Assembly: GCA_052279835.1 (NCBI GenBank)
Contig: CP181291.1
Coordinates: 2,912,001-2,976,000, forward strand
Origin: Microcoleus sp.
GTDB taxonomy: Bacteria > Cyanobacteriota > Cyanobacteriia > Cyanobacteriales > Microcoleaceae
Direction of reading: 5' to 3'
DNA: 64,000 nucleotides
Shown: piece by piece, positions 39,670 through 51,830 of the stretch
Numbering within the stretch: position 1 is the first letter of the stretch
How the letters are laid out: the number at the start of each line of letters is the position of its first letter
The notes under the pieces: generated by a model
Seen by the model: only the letters and a program-made list of their open reading frames with translations
Told to the model about the DNA's origin: nothing
The model's database searches: none
Program-made: the position numbers and the translations under genes

Positions 39670-40821
39670 GTGACAGAACATTATCAGCCCCTAAACTCAT
39701 TAAAAAGTGGCCATTGGTTCAAGCTGATCTGTGGGGCCAGCTTTCAACACCTGCCTGCGGTCCGCAACCTGACCTTGGCTTACACCTTAGCAGGCGCTGA
39801 CTGTATCGATGTCGCGGCAGACCCGGCGGCGATCGCAGCAGCGAAAGAAGCCCTACAGGTGGCGCGCACCATACAGACTCAAGCCCAAAACCCCAGGTTT
39901 GACCGACAAGGTTTGCCCTGGCTGATGGTAAGTTTAAATGATGGGGAAGACCCGCATTTTCGTAAGGCCGAATTCAACCCAGCCGAGTGTCCGGTGGACT
40001 GCTGGCGACCTTGCGAAAAAATTTGTCCAGCCACAGCCATCGTTTTTCAGGGTGGTGGCGAAGGTGTTTCCGGGGTCATAGACCAGCAATGCTATGGCTG
40101 CGGTCGCTGTCTCCCGGTTTGTCCCAGCCAACTAATTTACACCCGTTCCTACGTGTCGGCCCCTGCCGCGATCGCACCTTTAATCCTGCAATCCGGTGTG
40201 GACGCCCTAGAAATCCACACCCAAATAGGCAGAGAAACAGATTTTGCAAGACTTTGGTCAAGCATAAATCCCTGGGTCGATCGACTCAAATTAATTGCCA
40301 TTAGTTGCCCCGATGGAGAAGGTTTGATTGATTATTTGCGGACACTTTATCAAATAATTTCCCCCCTTCCTTGTCCCCTAATTTGGCAAACCGACGGTAG
40401 GCCAATGAGTGGAGATATTGGAACCGGAGCTACTAGAGCAGCCGTCAAACTAGGCCAAAAAGTCTTAGCGGCCGGCTTACCAGGATACGTGCAACTTGCT
40501 GGTGGCACTAATGCTCATACTGTCAGCAAACTCAGAGCATCTGGGCTGATGAGGGAGGGAAGGAAAAATTTGTCAAATTCCCAAACCCCATATATTGCAG
40601 GTGTAGCTTATGGCAGCTATGCCCGTGTTTTGCTGTCACCAATTTTAGAGCAATTAGAAACAATGCAAATCGATCGAGCATTGGCGATTCCAAACGCCAT
40701 CACGCCACCAGTAGCCGGAACTAAAACACCAGGACTAACTCAACTAGAAGCTTTCCCAGCACTGCTCAGGCAGGCCGTGAGTTTAGCTAATTCTCTAGTT
40801 TCGCAACTGAAAGAAGATTAG
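39670..40821 (+). CDS. ldpA: Circadian input Fe-S protein LdpA
   Basis: WFKLICGAS, DGEDPHFRKA, Fe-S motifs CPVDCWRPCEKIC and CYGCGRCLPVCP, WQTDGRPMSGDIG, QLAGGTN. Confidence 0.92.
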   Translation: MTEHYQPLNSLKSGHWFKLICGASFQHLPAVRNLTLAYTLAGADCIDVAADPAAIAAAKEALQVARTIQTQAQNPRFDRQGLPWLMVSLNDGEDPHFRKAEFNPAECPVDCWRPCEKICPATAIVFQGGGEGVSGVIDQQCYGCGRCLPVCPSQLIYTRSYVSAPAAIAPLILQSGVDALEIHTQIGRETDFARLWSSINPWVDRLKLIAISCPDGEGLIDYLRTLYQIISPLPCPLIWQTDGRPMSGDIGTGATRAAVKLGQKVLAAGLPGYVQLAGGTNAHTVSKLRASGLMREGRKNLSNSQTPYIAGVAYGSYARVLLSPILEQLETMQIDRALAIPNAITPPVAGTKTPGLTQLEAFPALLRQAVSLANSLVSQLKED

Positions 40822-41093
40822 TTAGTAGTCAGTAGTCATTAGTCAGTAGTCATTAGTCAGTAGTCATTAGTCAGTAGTCGTTGGTTAGTAGTTACACCAG
40901 TCGCCAAGGCGCTTTGAGCATCGCTCCCTGAGCGGAGTCGCAGGGCAGGATAAACGCAGTCATTGGGTTCAATGATTATAAATGCCTTGACCACATTGGC
41001 GATTGCTATAGTTCCAATAACTAATAACCAATACCTAATAACTAATAACCAATAACCAATAACTAATAACCAATGACTAATAACTAATGACTA
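40820..41093. repeat. STRR tracts flanking a small composite repeat
   Basis: AGTCAGT/AGTCATT tract, CCCTGAGCGGAGTCGCAGGG motif (relative near 49777), and CTAATAA/CCAATAA tract. Confidence 0.7.
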
Positions 41094-42914
41094 ATGACTA
41101 AAAAGCTTGAAAACGTCACCCGAACAGATGGACGGCGAATGCAGATTACAGACGACCTCAATAAATTACTCGACATCGTGCCAGATGACATCCGGCAACC
41201 CCTAGAACAGCACCCGCAACGTAACAATCTGATTGAGATTGTGATGGATTTGGGGCGCCTTCCCGAAGCTCGTTTTCCATCCAAGGCCGAACACCTTTCC
41301 CAGAAGCCGATTTCCAAGGCAGACCTGAATTACTGCATTGAGCGAGTCGGTCATTTCGGTGGGGACAACCGAGCCGGCATCGAGCAAACCCTGCACCGGA
41401 TCAGCGCCCTTCGCAACCGCAGCGGTGAGATTATTGGCTTGACTTTGAGGGTTGGCCGTGCTGTGTTTGGGACGATCAAGATTATCCGGGATTTGGTGGA
41501 AACCGGCCAATCGATTCTGATGCTCGGCCGCCCCGGAGTCGGCAAAACAACGGCGCTGCGGGAAATTGCCCGCGTGTTAGCCGATGATTTGGAAAAACGA
41601 GTGGTGATTATTGATACCTCCAATGAAATTGCTGGAGATGGAGATATTCCTCACCCAGCGATCGGCAGAGCTCGCAGAATGCAAGTTTCCCGTCCCGAAC
41701 TCCAGCACCAAGTCATGATCGAAGCAGTGGAAAACCATATGCCCGAAGTGATCGTGATTGACGAAATCGGCACGGAATTGGAAGCTTTGGCAGCCCGCAC
41801 CATCGCCGAAAGGGGCGTGCAGTTAGTCGGTACCGCCCACGGGAACCGGATCGAAAACTTGATGAAAAACCCGACTCTAGCTGATTTAATTGGCGGCATT
41901 CAAGCGGTGACGCTGGGAGATGATGAGGCTAGGCGTCGCGGTTCTCAAAAGACGGTTTTGGAGCGCAAAGCACCCCCAACTTTTGCCATTGCCATCGAAA
42001 TGCTCGAACGCCAGAAGTGGGTGGTACATGAGCAAGTTGCAGATGCCATAGACACTCTACTACGGGGAAAACAACCGAACCAACAAATCAGAAGCATCAG
42101 CGAGACTGGAGAAGTCATCATCGCTCACGAAGCAGGCACTCCTCCCGCCCGGTTTCCGGGGAACTCAGGTACTGCGTCGTCGTCATCGTCAGCTTCGGTA
42201 TCGGCAATCCGGCCCGTCACCCCCCTATCCGGGTGGCGCAGTGCTGGGAAAATGGTACCCATGCCCCCACCCGCTGACAAATTCCCAGCCAACAGTGCCC
42301 CAGTTTCTGAAACTAGATATTTTGAGCAACTCCTGGAAGAGTCCTTGTCAGTGGAACCAGTGGCTAAGCCCGGACGCTTTTCTCAAAATGTCGGGCCCAA
42401 TGGGGAAGATTTGCCACTCCACGTTTATCCTTATGGCATAGCTCGCCATCACCTCGAGCAGGTAATTTCGACTTTGAATCTGCCTGTGGTGCTGACTAAG
42501 GATATTGACACTGCTGACGTGGTTTTAGCTTTGCGCTCTAATGTTCGGAACCAGTCGAAACTGCGTCATTTGGCCAAAACTCGCCAAGTGCCTCTGCACA
42601 CCATTAAGGCTAGCACTCTGCCTCACGTAGCCAGAGCTTTGCGACGCTTGTTGGACATGGAGGACCCCGCAACCCCCGAAATCGCTGACCTCAGCTTATT
42701 TGCCCGCAGCGGTTCTTCTGACGAACTCGAAGCTCTGGAAGAAACTCGCTTAGCTGTGGAGCAAATTGTGATTCCCAAGGGACAGCCTGTGGAACTCTTA
42801 CCCCGTTCTCCTAATGTTCGCAAAATGCAGCATGAACTTGTGGAACACTATCACCTAAAATCCGACAGTTTTGGTGAAGAACCGAATCGCCGCCTGCGGA
42901 TATATCCAGCTTAA
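41094..42914 (+). CDS. Ycf45-like SpoIIIAA-type AAA+ ATPase with R3H domain
   Basis: [28 protein letters not shown] motifs and C-terminal R..QH R3H. Start may be at 41139. Confidence 0.88.
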   Translation: MTKKLENVTRTDGRRMQITDDLNKLLDIVPDDIRQPLEQHPQRNNLIEIVMDLGRLPEARFPSKAEHLSQKPISKADLNYCIERVGHFGGDNRAGIEQTLHRISALRNRSGEIIGLTLRVGRAVFGTIKIIRDLVETGQSILMLGRPGVGKTTALREIARVLADDLEKRVVIIDTSNEIAGDGDIPHPAIGRARRMQVSRPELQHQVMIEAVENHMPEVIVIDEIGTELEALAARTIAERGVQLVGTAHGNRIENLMKNPTLADLIGGIQAVTLGDDEARRRGSQKTVLERKAPPTFAIAIEMLERQKWVVHEQVADAIDTLLRGKQPNQQIRSISETGEVIIAHEAGTPPARFPGNSGTASSSSSASVSAIRPVTPLSGWRSAGKMVPMPPPADKFPANSAPVSETRYFEQLLEESLSVEPVAKPGRFSQNVGPNGEDLPLHVYPYGIARHHLEQVISTLNLPVVLTKDIDTADVVLALRSNVRNQSKLRHLAKTRQVPLHTIKASTLPHVARALRRLLDMEDPATPEIADLSLFARSGSSDELEALEETRLAVEQIVIPKGQPVELLPRSPNVRKMQHELVEHYHLKSDSFGEEPNRRLRIYPA

Positions 42915-42938
42915 AGTTGGGAATTGAGGCGGTTGCAC

Positions 42939-42982
42939 GCAAAAGGCAGAAGGCAGAATTTTTTCTGTTTTCTGCCTTTTGC
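42939..42982 (+). terminator. Hairpin after ycf45-like gene
   Basis: GCAAAAGGCAGAAGGCAGAA-loop-TTCTGTTTTCTGCCTTTTGC followed by a T-rich stretch. Confidence 0.65.
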
Positions 42983-43205
42983 CTTTGAGCTGCTGACTAT
43001 TTTAGTCCTGGACGCGCAGATCAGGTAATTCTGTCCGGTTCAGCCTAAATTTAGATTACAATGCATCCAGGAGACAATTTTCTGATATGATGTTCTCGGT
43101 ATAGCTTTTTTCAGGGCGATCGGCTAAAATACCCATAAAAAATAAGAACTAACAAATAAGCATCACTAATTCACACAAATTTTAGAATAAATCTACATAT
43201 TTAAT

Positions 43206-44870
43206 ATGAATGATTCACTAATTCAACTATTTATTCAATTAATTAGTTCTCAAATTGGCTTACAAATTCGGTCCAAAGACCGACCTAATTTGTGTCAAAA
43301 AATTGTGGACAGAATGCAAGTGTTAAAAATACAAAAACCCGAAAAATATTATCAAATATTAAATGAGAAAAGCTTTGAAAGTCAAAACGAATGGCGCGAG
43401 TTAGTATTGCTGTTGACAACGGTAGAAAGTTATTTCATGCGCGATCGGGGACAATTTGATTTATTGAAAAGAGTGATTTTACCTAAATTAATAGCTCAGA
43501 AAATAAAATTGCAAAATACCTTGGGAATTCAGCCAACACTCCGACTCTGGAGTGCGGGCTGTTCCACTGGCGAAGAACCTTATTCTTTAGCTATTTTATT
43601 AAAACAATTGATTAGTGATTGGCCTCAATGGAAAATATTAATTTTAGGGACTGATATAAATGAAAAAGTAATCGAAAAAGCCCAACAGGGAGTATACAGC
43701 CCTTGGTCGTTTCGCTTGGTTGACCCCCAAGTACAAAAGCAGTATTTTAATCAGCGACAAATTGAATGGGAAATAAGTCGAGAATTGCGCCAAAGTGTAA
43801 ATTTTAGCTGTGTAAATTTAATCGCCGACGACTTTCCTAATATTTACAAAAATATTTATAATATTGATTTAATTGTGTGTAGAAACGTTTTTGTTTATTT
43901 TGAGCATCAGTATATTTCACTGGTACTGAAAAAATTTGCCAAGACTCTGAGACCGGGAGGATATTTAATGACCGGCCACGCTGAAGTGCACGGTCAAATT
44001 ATGAACGAGTTTCTACCCAAGGTTTTCCCGGAGTCCATTGTTTATCAGCGTCGAGATCAATTACTGGGAGAAGGCTCTCAAAATGAATCTTGGAACTTAC
44101 AACAACTCAAGTCATCCCTTGAGAAATCAGAAAATTCTGGATTCGTTGACGATCGCAATTTCCTAGGACGAGCAACCAAATCAGCTAGTTTTGCTCAGGG
44201 GCCTTTTGCAGAAATCACTCCCCTATTAACAGAATCTAGCCCCCTAGGAAAAATGCTGAGAAATCGCTATTTAGTCGGAGATTTAACCGAAAAAAAAGGT
44301 ACTAAAGCCCCCAATAACGCATTGAATCAATCCCAGGAAAAAACCTCTTCAGTATTGATTGAAGAAGCTAAGAAAAACTTTAAAAATAAAGCTTATGCAG
44401 CAGCAATTGCCCAAGCAAAACAATCTCTGAAAATGCAGCCCTATAATTTTGATGCCGATTATTTATTAGCTCAAATTTATGCAAATTTAGGTAAGTATTC
44501 TCAGGCGATCGAACACTGTCAACGAGCTAGTAAAGTTGATGCAATGTCGGTGTTTCCCTATTATTTACAAGCTCAAATTGCCGAAGAACAGGGAAAATTA
44601 GAAACAGCTAAGCAGTTCCTTAAGAGGATAATTTATCTGTGTCCATCTTTTATTTCAGCTTATTTAGATCTGGGCAATATATACCATAAAGAAGGCCAGA
44701 TAACAAGAGCTATGAAAATGTATAATTCATCCTGTGAAATTCTCGGAAAATTACCGCCCAATACTCCGATAGAGCAGCAGGGTAAAATGACGGCGAGCCA
44801 AGTTTTGTTAGAACTTAAAAAAAAATTGGTAAGATTATACAGTAAACAAAATTTATGCACAGGTAGCTAA
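43206..44870 (+). CDS. cheR: Chemotaxis methyltransferase CheR with C-terminal TPR (WspC-like)
   Basis: ESYFMRD, WSAGCSTGEEPYSLA, GTDIN, CRNVFVYF, GHAE motifs and TPR tail. Confidence 0.92.
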   Translation: MNDSLIQLFIQLISSQIGLQIRSKDRPNLCQKIVDRMQVLKIQKPEKYYQILNEKSFESQNEWRELVLLLTTVESYFMRDRGQFDLLKRVILPKLIAQKIKLQNTLGIQPTLRLWSAGCSTGEEPYSLAILLKQLISDWPQWKILILGTDINEKVIEKAQQGVYSPWSFRLVDPQVQKQYFNQRQIEWEISRELRQSVNFSCVNLIADDFPNIYKNIYNIDLIVCRNVFVYFEHQYISLVLKKFAKTLRPGGYLMTGHAEVHGQIMNEFLPKVFPESIVYQRRDQLLGEGSQNESWNLQQLKSSLEKSENSGFVDDRNFLGRATKSASFAQGPFAEITPLLTESSPLGKMLRNRYLVGDLTEKKGTKAPNNALNQSQEKTSSVLIEEAKKNFKNKAYAAAIAQAKQSLKMQPYNFDADYLLAQIYANLGKYSQAIEHCQRASKVDAMSVFPYYLQAQIAEEQGKLETAKQFLKRIIYLCPSFISAYLDLGNIYHKEGQITRAMKMYNSSCEILGKLPPNTPIEQQGKMTASQVLLELKKKLVRLYSKQNLCTGS

Positions 44871-44985
44871 CAACTTGGTTTCTCTATAAACCAGTGATAG
44901 CCTAATATCTAGTCCCATGGAATATTTATAATGCTCGATCCCTTCCCTTGGCTGTTCCCTATACCTTTGTCCCAAATAGTTCAAT

Positions 44986-46116
44986 ATGGAAACTAAACCG
45001 TATCTTATTTTTGAACAGAACGGTTTTCTCTACGGTGTAGAAGCCTGCTGCGTTCAAGAAATTTTCTTTCTGCCGGAGTTGACGCCAATTGCAGAAGCGC
45101 CTCAAGATATTGTTGGGGCGATCGACCTTCGGGGTGAAATTCTGCCTGTGATGGATCTGAATCTCCGTTTTGGATACGTTTGGCAGGAGTATACTGTGAC
45201 AGATAGTGCGATCGTCATAGAGTGGCAAGAATGGAAAGTCGGTATCATTGTCAATCAAGTTCGGGAAGTTAAAGAAATCTCAGAACATACCACCACTCCC
45301 CAGCTATCTTATGGGCGAGACGAAGGCGTCGCCTCCCATCATTTTGTCGCTGGATTTGCCCGCTGCGAAGCTGATATTATCATGCTACTTAATCTCGATC
45401 GCCTAATTCGATATTCTGCTGAAAAAACAGAGGAAAGCTTACCTATTTCTGTCAGCGATGCAGGTGGTGAAGAAACAGCACCAGAGACAGAAACAGAAAA
45501 TCTACCCTGGTATCTCAAAGCCAAATTGTTGAGTGAAAATGCGAAAATTTTAAGCAAGCATCAGATTTTTTGCCCCCAAGCTACGCCGGAAGAAAGAGCA
45601 ATTTTTCAATCGCGGGCTGACAATTTAAGGCGACAAGGCGAGGGGGATAATTCTGCCGCAATTAATATATCCGTCGCCGTATTTACTTTGAATGGTGAAT
45701 ACTTTGGTATGGATCTAGATGTAGTCCGCGAATTTACTGACATTCGCCAACTAACCCCAATTCCTTGCACTCCCGATCGCATAATTGGCAATATGAATTT
45801 ACGGGGAGAAATTTTAACCATACTGGATATTCGCAATGTTTTAAATATTTCTTTAAATATGCCTAGTACCACCAATTATCAATCTCAGGCGATCGTTGTG
45901 CAAGTGGCAAATTTAGTAGCTGGTATAGTTGTGGACGAAATCTTAGATATTGTATATTTAAGCGTCTCAGAAATTGCCAATGTTCCTGCGGCACTGCATT
46001 CAGCTAACCGCGAATATCTACGAGGCACAGCTCTTTACGGAGGAAAAATGATGGCGATTCTGAATTTGGAAAAACTGCTCACCAAAGGAGGAGTCCTTGT
46101 TGATGAAGAAGTTTGA
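44986..46116 (+). CDS. cheW: Tandem two-domain CheW protein
   Basis: Two CheW domains (GAIDLRGEILPVMDL; GNMNLRGEILTILDI) with a WspD-like IFQSRADNL linker. Confidence 0.9.
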   Translation: METKPYLIFEQNGFLYGVEACCVQEIFFLPELTPIAEAPQDIVGAIDLRGEILPVMDLNLRFGYVWQEYTVTDSAIVIEWQEWKVGIIVNQVREVKEISEHTTTPQLSYGRDEGVASHHFVAGFARCEADIIMLLNLDRLIRYSAEKTEESLPISVSDAGGEETAPETETENLPWYLKAKLLSENAKILSKHQIFCPQATPEERAIFQSRADNLRRQGEGDNSAAINISVAVFTLNGEYFGMDLDVVREFTDIRQLTPIPCTPDRIIGNMNLRGEILTILDIRNVLNISLNMPSTTNYQSQAIVVQVANLVAGIVVDEILDIVYLSVSEIANVPAALHSANREYLRGTALYGGKMMAILNLEKLLTKGGVLVDEEV

Positions 46117-46300
46117 ATCAAAAAAACATACCAAATCAGTTTTAAAAACGATATTTGACTAAAGAAGATAATTTGGTGTTATAAATATTGATGATGACTT
46201 ACGGAAAACCTCTGTTCAAGCGTGTAATCGCGGAGCATCCTCCACTATAGCGCCGTCAGTATTGATACTATGTAAGTGCTGTTAAATTTCGGAGAAAAAT

Positions 46301-47761
46301 ATGTTTGCTATCTTAAAAAAGTTAAATATTAGAAATAAAATGCTGATTGCCTACGTAGCACCCGCAGCGATATACTTAGGTTTACCCATCCTAGTTTATC
46401 AAACGACAACTCAGGTATTGAACAGTTCTAAAGAAGTAGAAAGAATAGAAAATGTCATCGGACTAACCAACAATATTTCAGTAGGAACTGAGCAAATGGT
46501 ACGGGGATTACGCGGGTATTTAATCAATCAAGACCCGCAGTTTTTAAATGATTTTAAAAGCGGTGCAGAATTAGCTCGTCAGTCTGCCAATAACGTGGAG
46601 CCAATAATTAAAAATCTTCAACAGAGAACTCGTGTACAGAAGATGCTAAGTCTCACCAACGATTATTATAATAATTCTAACGAAATAGTTAATTTATTGC
46701 AAGCCAACAAAAAAAATGAAGCCCTCGCAATATTTAATACGGGAAAACACACAAAAATTGTGAATGATTTTGTACAAACCCATCGAGATTTTAGGGAATT
46801 AGAATCAGATTTAATTAAAAAAGAAACACAAAAGACGAAGGACTCTTTGATATTTTTAATATCAGTATTGGTAGTTGGTTGTGCGTTTTTAGTCCTGTTA
46901 GGTGCGGTGATAGCTTGGCTGGTTTCGTCAGGAATTGCCCGAACTATCGATCGCGCAATTAGCTCGATCGCCATTTCTTCCAGCGAGATTGCAGCCACCG
47001 TCGAAGAACAGGAACGCATGGCCAGTCAACAAGCAGCTTCAGTCAATCAAACTACGACTACAATGGACGAACTGGGCGCGTCTTCCAGGGCGACAGCACA
47101 GCAGGTAGAAACAGCAGCGATGCAAGCAATGCAAGCTTTAAATTTAGCTGGAGGTGGCACAAAAGCTGTAGAACAAACTTTAGAAGCCATGGCAACTCTC
47201 AAAACCAAAGTCGAGGATATGCAAGGACAAATTATGCAATTGAGCGAACAAACCGATCGCATTGGTAATATTTCAACTTTAGTTAGCGATTTGGCTAATC
47301 AGACTAATATGTTAGCACTCAATGCCGCGGTGGAAGCTGTGCGGGCGGGGGACAATGGCAAAGGGTTTGGTGTTGTGGCGTCAGAAATTCGCAAACTGGC
47401 CGAGCGCAGTAAAAAATCAGCAGCACAAATTAACCTATTAGTTGCCGATATTCAAAGAGCGATTAATTCCACAGTAATGGTCACAGAAGAAGGGACTAAA
47501 ACAGTAGAATTTGGCGTGAATATTGCCTCAGAAACCGCCGCTGCATTCGCCGGGGTTGCCAATGCAATTAACAATGTAGTCATGAGTTCTCAGCAGATTT
47601 CATTGAATGCCAAACAACAAGCGATCGCGATCGAACAAGTGGTGGAAGCTATGAACTCCCTGAATCAAGCCGCAGCTCAAACAGCTTGCGGTATCAGTCA
47701 AACTAAAATCGGGACCCAAAAATTGAATGAAGCAGCCTTAGACTTGAAAGCAGTCGTGTAA
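46301..47761 (+). CDS. Methyl-accepting chemotaxis protein with CHASE3-like sensor
   Basis: Two TM helices, [15 protein letters not shown], and [23 protein letters not shown]. Confidence 0.92.
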   Translation: MFAILKKLNIRNKMLIAYVAPAAIYLGLPILVYQTTTQVLNSSKEVERIENVIGLTNNISVGTEQMVRGLRGYLINQDPQFLNDFKSGAELARQSANNVEPIIKNLQQRTRVQKMLSLTNDYYNNSNEIVNLLQANKKNEALAIFNTGKHTKIVNDFVQTHRDFRELESDLIKKETQKTKDSLIFLISVLVVGCAFLVLLGAVIAWLVSSGIARTIDRAISSIAISSSEIAATVEEQERMASQQAASVNQTTTTMDELGASSRATAQQVETAAMQAMQALNLAGGGTKAVEQTLEAMATLKTKVEDMQGQIMQLSEQTDRIGNISTLVSDLANQTNMLALNAAVEAVRAGDNGKGFGVVASEIRKLAERSKKSAAQINLLVADIQRAINSTVMVTEEGTKTVEFGVNIASETAAAFAGVANAINNVVMSSQQISLNAKQQAIAIEQVVEAMNSLNQAAAQTACGISQTKIGTQKLNEAALDLKAVV

Positions 47762-47846
47762 GATATTTCTAATTTATGGACTAATAACCTAATTATTTCA
47801 TTCCTAAGAACTCCCACCCTTGCCCCACCCTGACAATGTGTAAGTC

Positions 47847-49679
47847 ATGATATTTTTTAATTATGAGAAATTCAAAAAAATGCCAAACATATCCTTAAGA
47901 ATTAAAGCGATTGCATTTGCTCTCGCCCTCGGTACACTTCCAGCTATCTTAACGGGAGCCATAACTTTTTTCTTTGCGAATCAAAACCTAAATACTTATG
48001 TAATTAAATATCAAGAGTCACGAGCCGTCGCCATAGCCCATGATGTCAGTAATTTGGTTTTTGAAAGGTACTTAGATGTTCAGGAGCTAGCTCATTTAAG
48101 TATACTGAACGATCCCAGAGTCAGCGAAACTACTTCCAAGACCCAAAAACAAGCTCTGTTAGATAAATATGTAAAACAAGGGGAAGGTTACGACAGCATC
48201 GCCATCGCCGATCTGCTGGGAAATACTATTTTACAATCCAGTGGAGAGCCAATTATAGATTTGGGTAAACGCGATTATTTCCAGGAAGTAGTTAAAACTA
48301 ATCTGCCGACGCTCGTGCAACCGAGAGAATCATTTATCACTGGCAAATACTCTATTTTTGCTGCGGCTCCTATAGTCGAAATTAACACGGGTCAAACTAT
48401 CGGAGTTCTGAGAACTCGCACGCCTATAAAATACTTAGAACAGGCTTTTCAAGAAAACAAAGAAAAATTAATCAGAGACTCCGAAGGACTAGAAGCAGAT
48501 GAATATCATTTAATTGATGCCAATGGCAAGTTTTTTTCTGCAACAGAAATCGAACATCTGGGCAGAGATGCACGTTCAGACTATAGTGTTTTTGCGACAA
48601 TGCAGGCCGCCAATAAAATCAACAGTCTCATCGATGACGATGAGATTGGCGGAGGACAACAACTGCTGACCTATGCTCCTATTGAAATTGAAAAATCAAA
48701 CAAGATGCCGAAATTGGGTTGGAGTGTCTTAATTGCCAACGATACAGACAACGTATTTGCTCCGCAAAAGAAATTGCTATTTGCTCTGATAGCAGGAGTT
48801 GGACTGACTGCTGCTGTTGTCAGCGCCATGGCAACTTTTGTTGCTAGTCGAACCACAAAATCGGTGAATAAAATTGTGCGGACGATCGCCTATTCTTCCT
48901 CACAGATTGCTGTCACCATCGAACAACAAGAACGTATCGCCAGTCAACAACTATATGCTGTGGAGCGAACTGTTAGTACAATGGATGAATTGGGTGAATC
49001 AAGCAGGGCTTGTGCTTCCCAAGCAGAAGCCGCTGCTCTGGGAGCCAAACAAGCTCTCGCGCTCACCACCGGAGGTAGTCAAGCAGTACAGAATACCCTC
49101 AAAGAAATGGCAATTTTGAAACAAAATGTTGCAGCAATTGAAAACCAAATTTTGCTTTTGAGCGAACAAACGAGTCGCATTGGTAATATCTCTAGTTTAG
49201 TTAGCGATTTAGCCAATCAAACAAATATGTTAGCGATTAATGCTGCCATCGAAGCCTGGAGGGCTGGCGAAAGTGGCAAAGGATTTGCAGTTGTTGCTAC
49301 AGAAATTCGGCAATTGGCAGATTTAAGCAAGGAATCTGCGAGCAAAATTAATGCTTTAGTTGCAGACATTCAGACATCAATTAGTTCGACAACAATGGTG
49401 ACGGATGATGGAGCAAAAACCGTGGATAGTGGAGTGAAAATTGCCCGAAAGACTGCCGACGCATTTGCTGGTGTAGCACAGGCGATCGATCGCATTGTTT
49501 TAAATAGTCAACAAATCTCTTTTACTGCGAAAGACCAGGCGATCGCCATTCAGGATGTAGTTCATGCCGTTAATTCTCTTAACCTCGCCGCCCAGGAAAA
49601 TGCCACCGGCATTTCTCAAGTCAAACTCGGAATCGAACAGCTTAATAAAGCAGCCCAAAATCTCAAATCATCAGTGTAG
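47847..49679 (+). CDS. Methyl-accepting chemotaxis protein with Cache-like sensor
   Basis: Two TM helices, RDYFQ and LGWSVLI, and [23 protein letters not shown]. Confidence 0.92.
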   Translation: MIFFNYEKFKKMPNISLRIKAIAFALALGTLPAILTGAITFFFANQNLNTYVIKYQESRAVAIAHDVSNLVFERYLDVQELAHLSILNDPRVSETTSKTQKQALLDKYVKQGEGYDSIAIADLLGNTILQSSGEPIIDLGKRDYFQEVVKTNLPTLVQPRESFITGKYSIFAAAPIVEINTGQTIGVLRTRTPIKYLEQAFQENKEKLIRDSEGLEADEYHLIDANGKFFSATEIEHLGRDARSDYSVFATMQAANKINSLIDDDEIGGGQQLLTYAPIEIEKSNKMPKLGWSVLIANDTDNVFAPQKKLLFALIAGVGLTAAVVSAMATFVASRTTKSVNKIVRTIAYSSSQIAVTIEQQERIASQQLYAVERTVSTMDELGESSRACASQAEAAALGAKQALALTTGGSQAVQNTLKEMAILKQNVAAIENQILLLSEQTSRIGNISSLVSDLANQTNMLAINAAIEAWRAGESGKGFAVVATEIRQLADLSKESASKINALVADIQTSISSTTMVTDDGAKTVDSGVKIARKTADAFAGVAQAIDRIVLNSQQISFTAKDQAIAIQDVVHAVNSLNLAAQENATGISQVKLGIEQLNKAAQNLKSSV

Positions 49680-49857
49680 TCAATAGTTATTAGTTATTAG
49701 TTATTAGTCATTAGTTAGTAGTCATTAGTTATTAGTTATTAGTTATTAGTCATTAGCGGTGCTCGTTCGCGTTTCCCCTGAGCGTATTCGAAGGGTCAGC
49801 AGTCAACATTCAACTGTCATTTACTACCAATTAGCAATTCCATCTTCCCAAATAGTA

Positions 49858-51741
49858 ATGCTTAAAAACATCTTCAAAAAAATCCAGTACCGACTGCTAA
49901 TCCTGCTAATTTTAAGTACCTTAATTCCAGTATTTATTGTTGGTTTATATGGGGTTTATTCCTCCACAGCAGCACTTAAATCTTTAGCATTACTAAGTTT
50001 GAATCAAACTGTTAAATCCAGCGGTGAGCGAATAATTAATAAATTAGAAAATTTTAGTTCTGATATTTTATTTATCGGCAAATCTCCCCCGGTTCAGGGG
50101 ATTATTAGAGCGAGGGAGGGAAATGGAGTAGACAGAGAAAGTAATTCAACTTATCAAAATTGGATCGATCGAATGGAAATAATATTTTCATCACTGATGG
50201 AAGTCAAGCCATATTATATGAAATTGCGTTACATAGACGAAAAAGGTAACGAACTTGTTCGTGTAGATTTTGATGGTAAAAACATTAAAATTATTCCCGA
50301 TAATCAATTACAAAATCAAGCAGGCAGAGATTACTTTTATTTGAGTATGAAACTAAAACCTGGAGAAATCTATGTCTCTCAATTTAATCTCAATCAAGAA
50401 TACGGCCAAATAGAAATTCCTTACAAACCAACAATTCGCTACGCCATTCCAATTTTTGATACCAAAGGACAAAGAAAAGGCATTTTGATTGCTAATGCTC
50501 TGGGTCAAAGTCTGATTGATATTGCTAAAGAACTCAATCATCAAGGTGCCGACCAAGTTTTTATGTTAAATCAAGATGGTTACTATATCCACCATTCAAA
50601 TCCTGACAAAGAATGGGGTTCGGAAATAAAAACAGATGAGAATTTGCACAAAGATTATTCAGAAGATATAGTTAATCACATACTTTCCGGTGGTCAAGGT
50701 AATGTCGAACTCAGCGATATAGTAGTTAGTTATTATACAATATTTCCCATCAAAGACAACAAGCAAAGATTTTTTGTAATTGTGCATCAGGCAAACAAAA
50801 GTTCCATATTTAATTCTATTTTAGGGTTCAAAATAATCGGAATCCTAGTTACTATACTATCCCTAGGGACTGTGCTGTCGTTAGGACTGTTAATACTACA
50901 CAAACTGGTGAAACTAATTCAGGGTTTGGTATACCAAATATCTTCATTTTCCCTAGAAATAGTATCTAATATGAATCAACAAGAACAAATAGTTGAACGG
51001 CAATTTATTTCAGTGAAAGAAAGCACTATAACTTTAGAAAATGTCGCCATATCTTCACACCAAACAGTAGAGCAAGCTGAGGCGGTTGCGACTGCTGCTC
51101 GCCAAGCTTTGAATCTCGCGGAACAAGGTACTGAAATGGTAGAGAAAACTCTCGATCAAATGCTACATCTTAGAGAAGCTGTGGTGGCAATTTCTCAGCA
51201 CAATTATCGACTCGATGACAGTACGAGTCAGATTGGAAATATTTCGAGTTTAGCAAGTTTGGTGAGCGATTTAGCTAGCCAAACAAATATTTTAGCTCTC
51301 AACGCAGCCGTCGAAGCAGTCAGAGCCGGCGAGTACGGTAAAGGTTTTGCAGTGGTAGCCAGCGAAATTCGTAAGTTAGCAGATGAAAGTCAACAAGCAG
51401 CGCAAAAGATTAATGGTATTATTCCAGAAATTAAGAGCGCGATCGCCTCGACGGTGAAAGCCACGGAAGATGGCAAAAAAACCGCAGCAGCAGGGGTGAA
51501 AACAGCACGAGATACCGCAGAAGCTTTTACGGGTGTCAGGGAAGCTTGCAATCTCGTGTTTACGAGCAACCAGCAAATTTCTTTTAATATTAAACAACAG
51601 GCGATCGCGATTCAGCAAGTAGGTGATACCATGAATGCTCTCAATCAAGCAGCATCTCAAACAGTAACTGGGATTACTCAAGTCAAAATGGGTACTCAAA
51701 AACTTAATGCAGCTGCATTAAATCTGAAGTCTGTAGTATAG
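49858..51741 (+). CDS. Methyl-accepting chemotaxis protein with Cache-like sensor
   Basis: Two TM helices, RDYF and [11 protein letters not shown], and [26 protein letters not shown] at 49858. Confidence 0.92.
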   Translation: MLKNIFKKIQYRLLILLILSTLIPVFIVGLYGVYSSTAALKSLALLSLNQTVKSSGERIINKLENFSSDILFIGKSPPVQGIIRAREGNGVDRESNSTYQNWIDRMEIIFSSLMEVKPYYMKLRYIDEKGNELVRVDFDGKNIKIIPDNQLQNQAGRDYFYLSMKLKPGEIYVSQFNLNQEYGQIEIPYKPTIRYAIPIFDTKGQRKGILIANALGQSLIDIAKELNHQGADQVFMLNQDGYYIHHSNPDKEWGSEIKTDENLHKDYSEDIVNHILSGGQGNVELSDIVVSYYTIFPIKDNKQRFFVIVHQANKSSIFNSILGFKIIGILVTILSLGTVLSLGLLILHKLVKLIQGLVYQISSFSLEIVSNMNQQEQIVERQFISVKESTITLENVAISSHQTVEQAEAVATAARQALNLAEQGTEMVEKTLDQMLHLREAVVAISQHNYRLDDSTSQIGNISSLASLVSDLASQTNILALNAAVEAVRAGEYGKGFAVVASEIRKLADESQQAAQKINGIIPEIKSAIASTVKATEDGKKTAAAGVKTARDTAEAFTGVREACNLVFTSNQQISFNIKQQAIAIQQVGDTMNALNQAASQTVTGITQVKMGTQKLNAAALNLKSVV

Positions 51742-51830
51742 TCAATTGTCAGTTGTAAATTCCCAATTACCAATTTCCAATTCCCAATTACCAACTCCCA
51801 ATTCCCAATTCCCAATTCTTAAAAATAGCT

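Noticed and set aside
46190..46285. Possible riboswitch upstream of the first MCP
   Set aside because: Only a short ACTTAC/GTAAGT pairing; I could not match c-di-GMP or other riboswitch consensus motifs.
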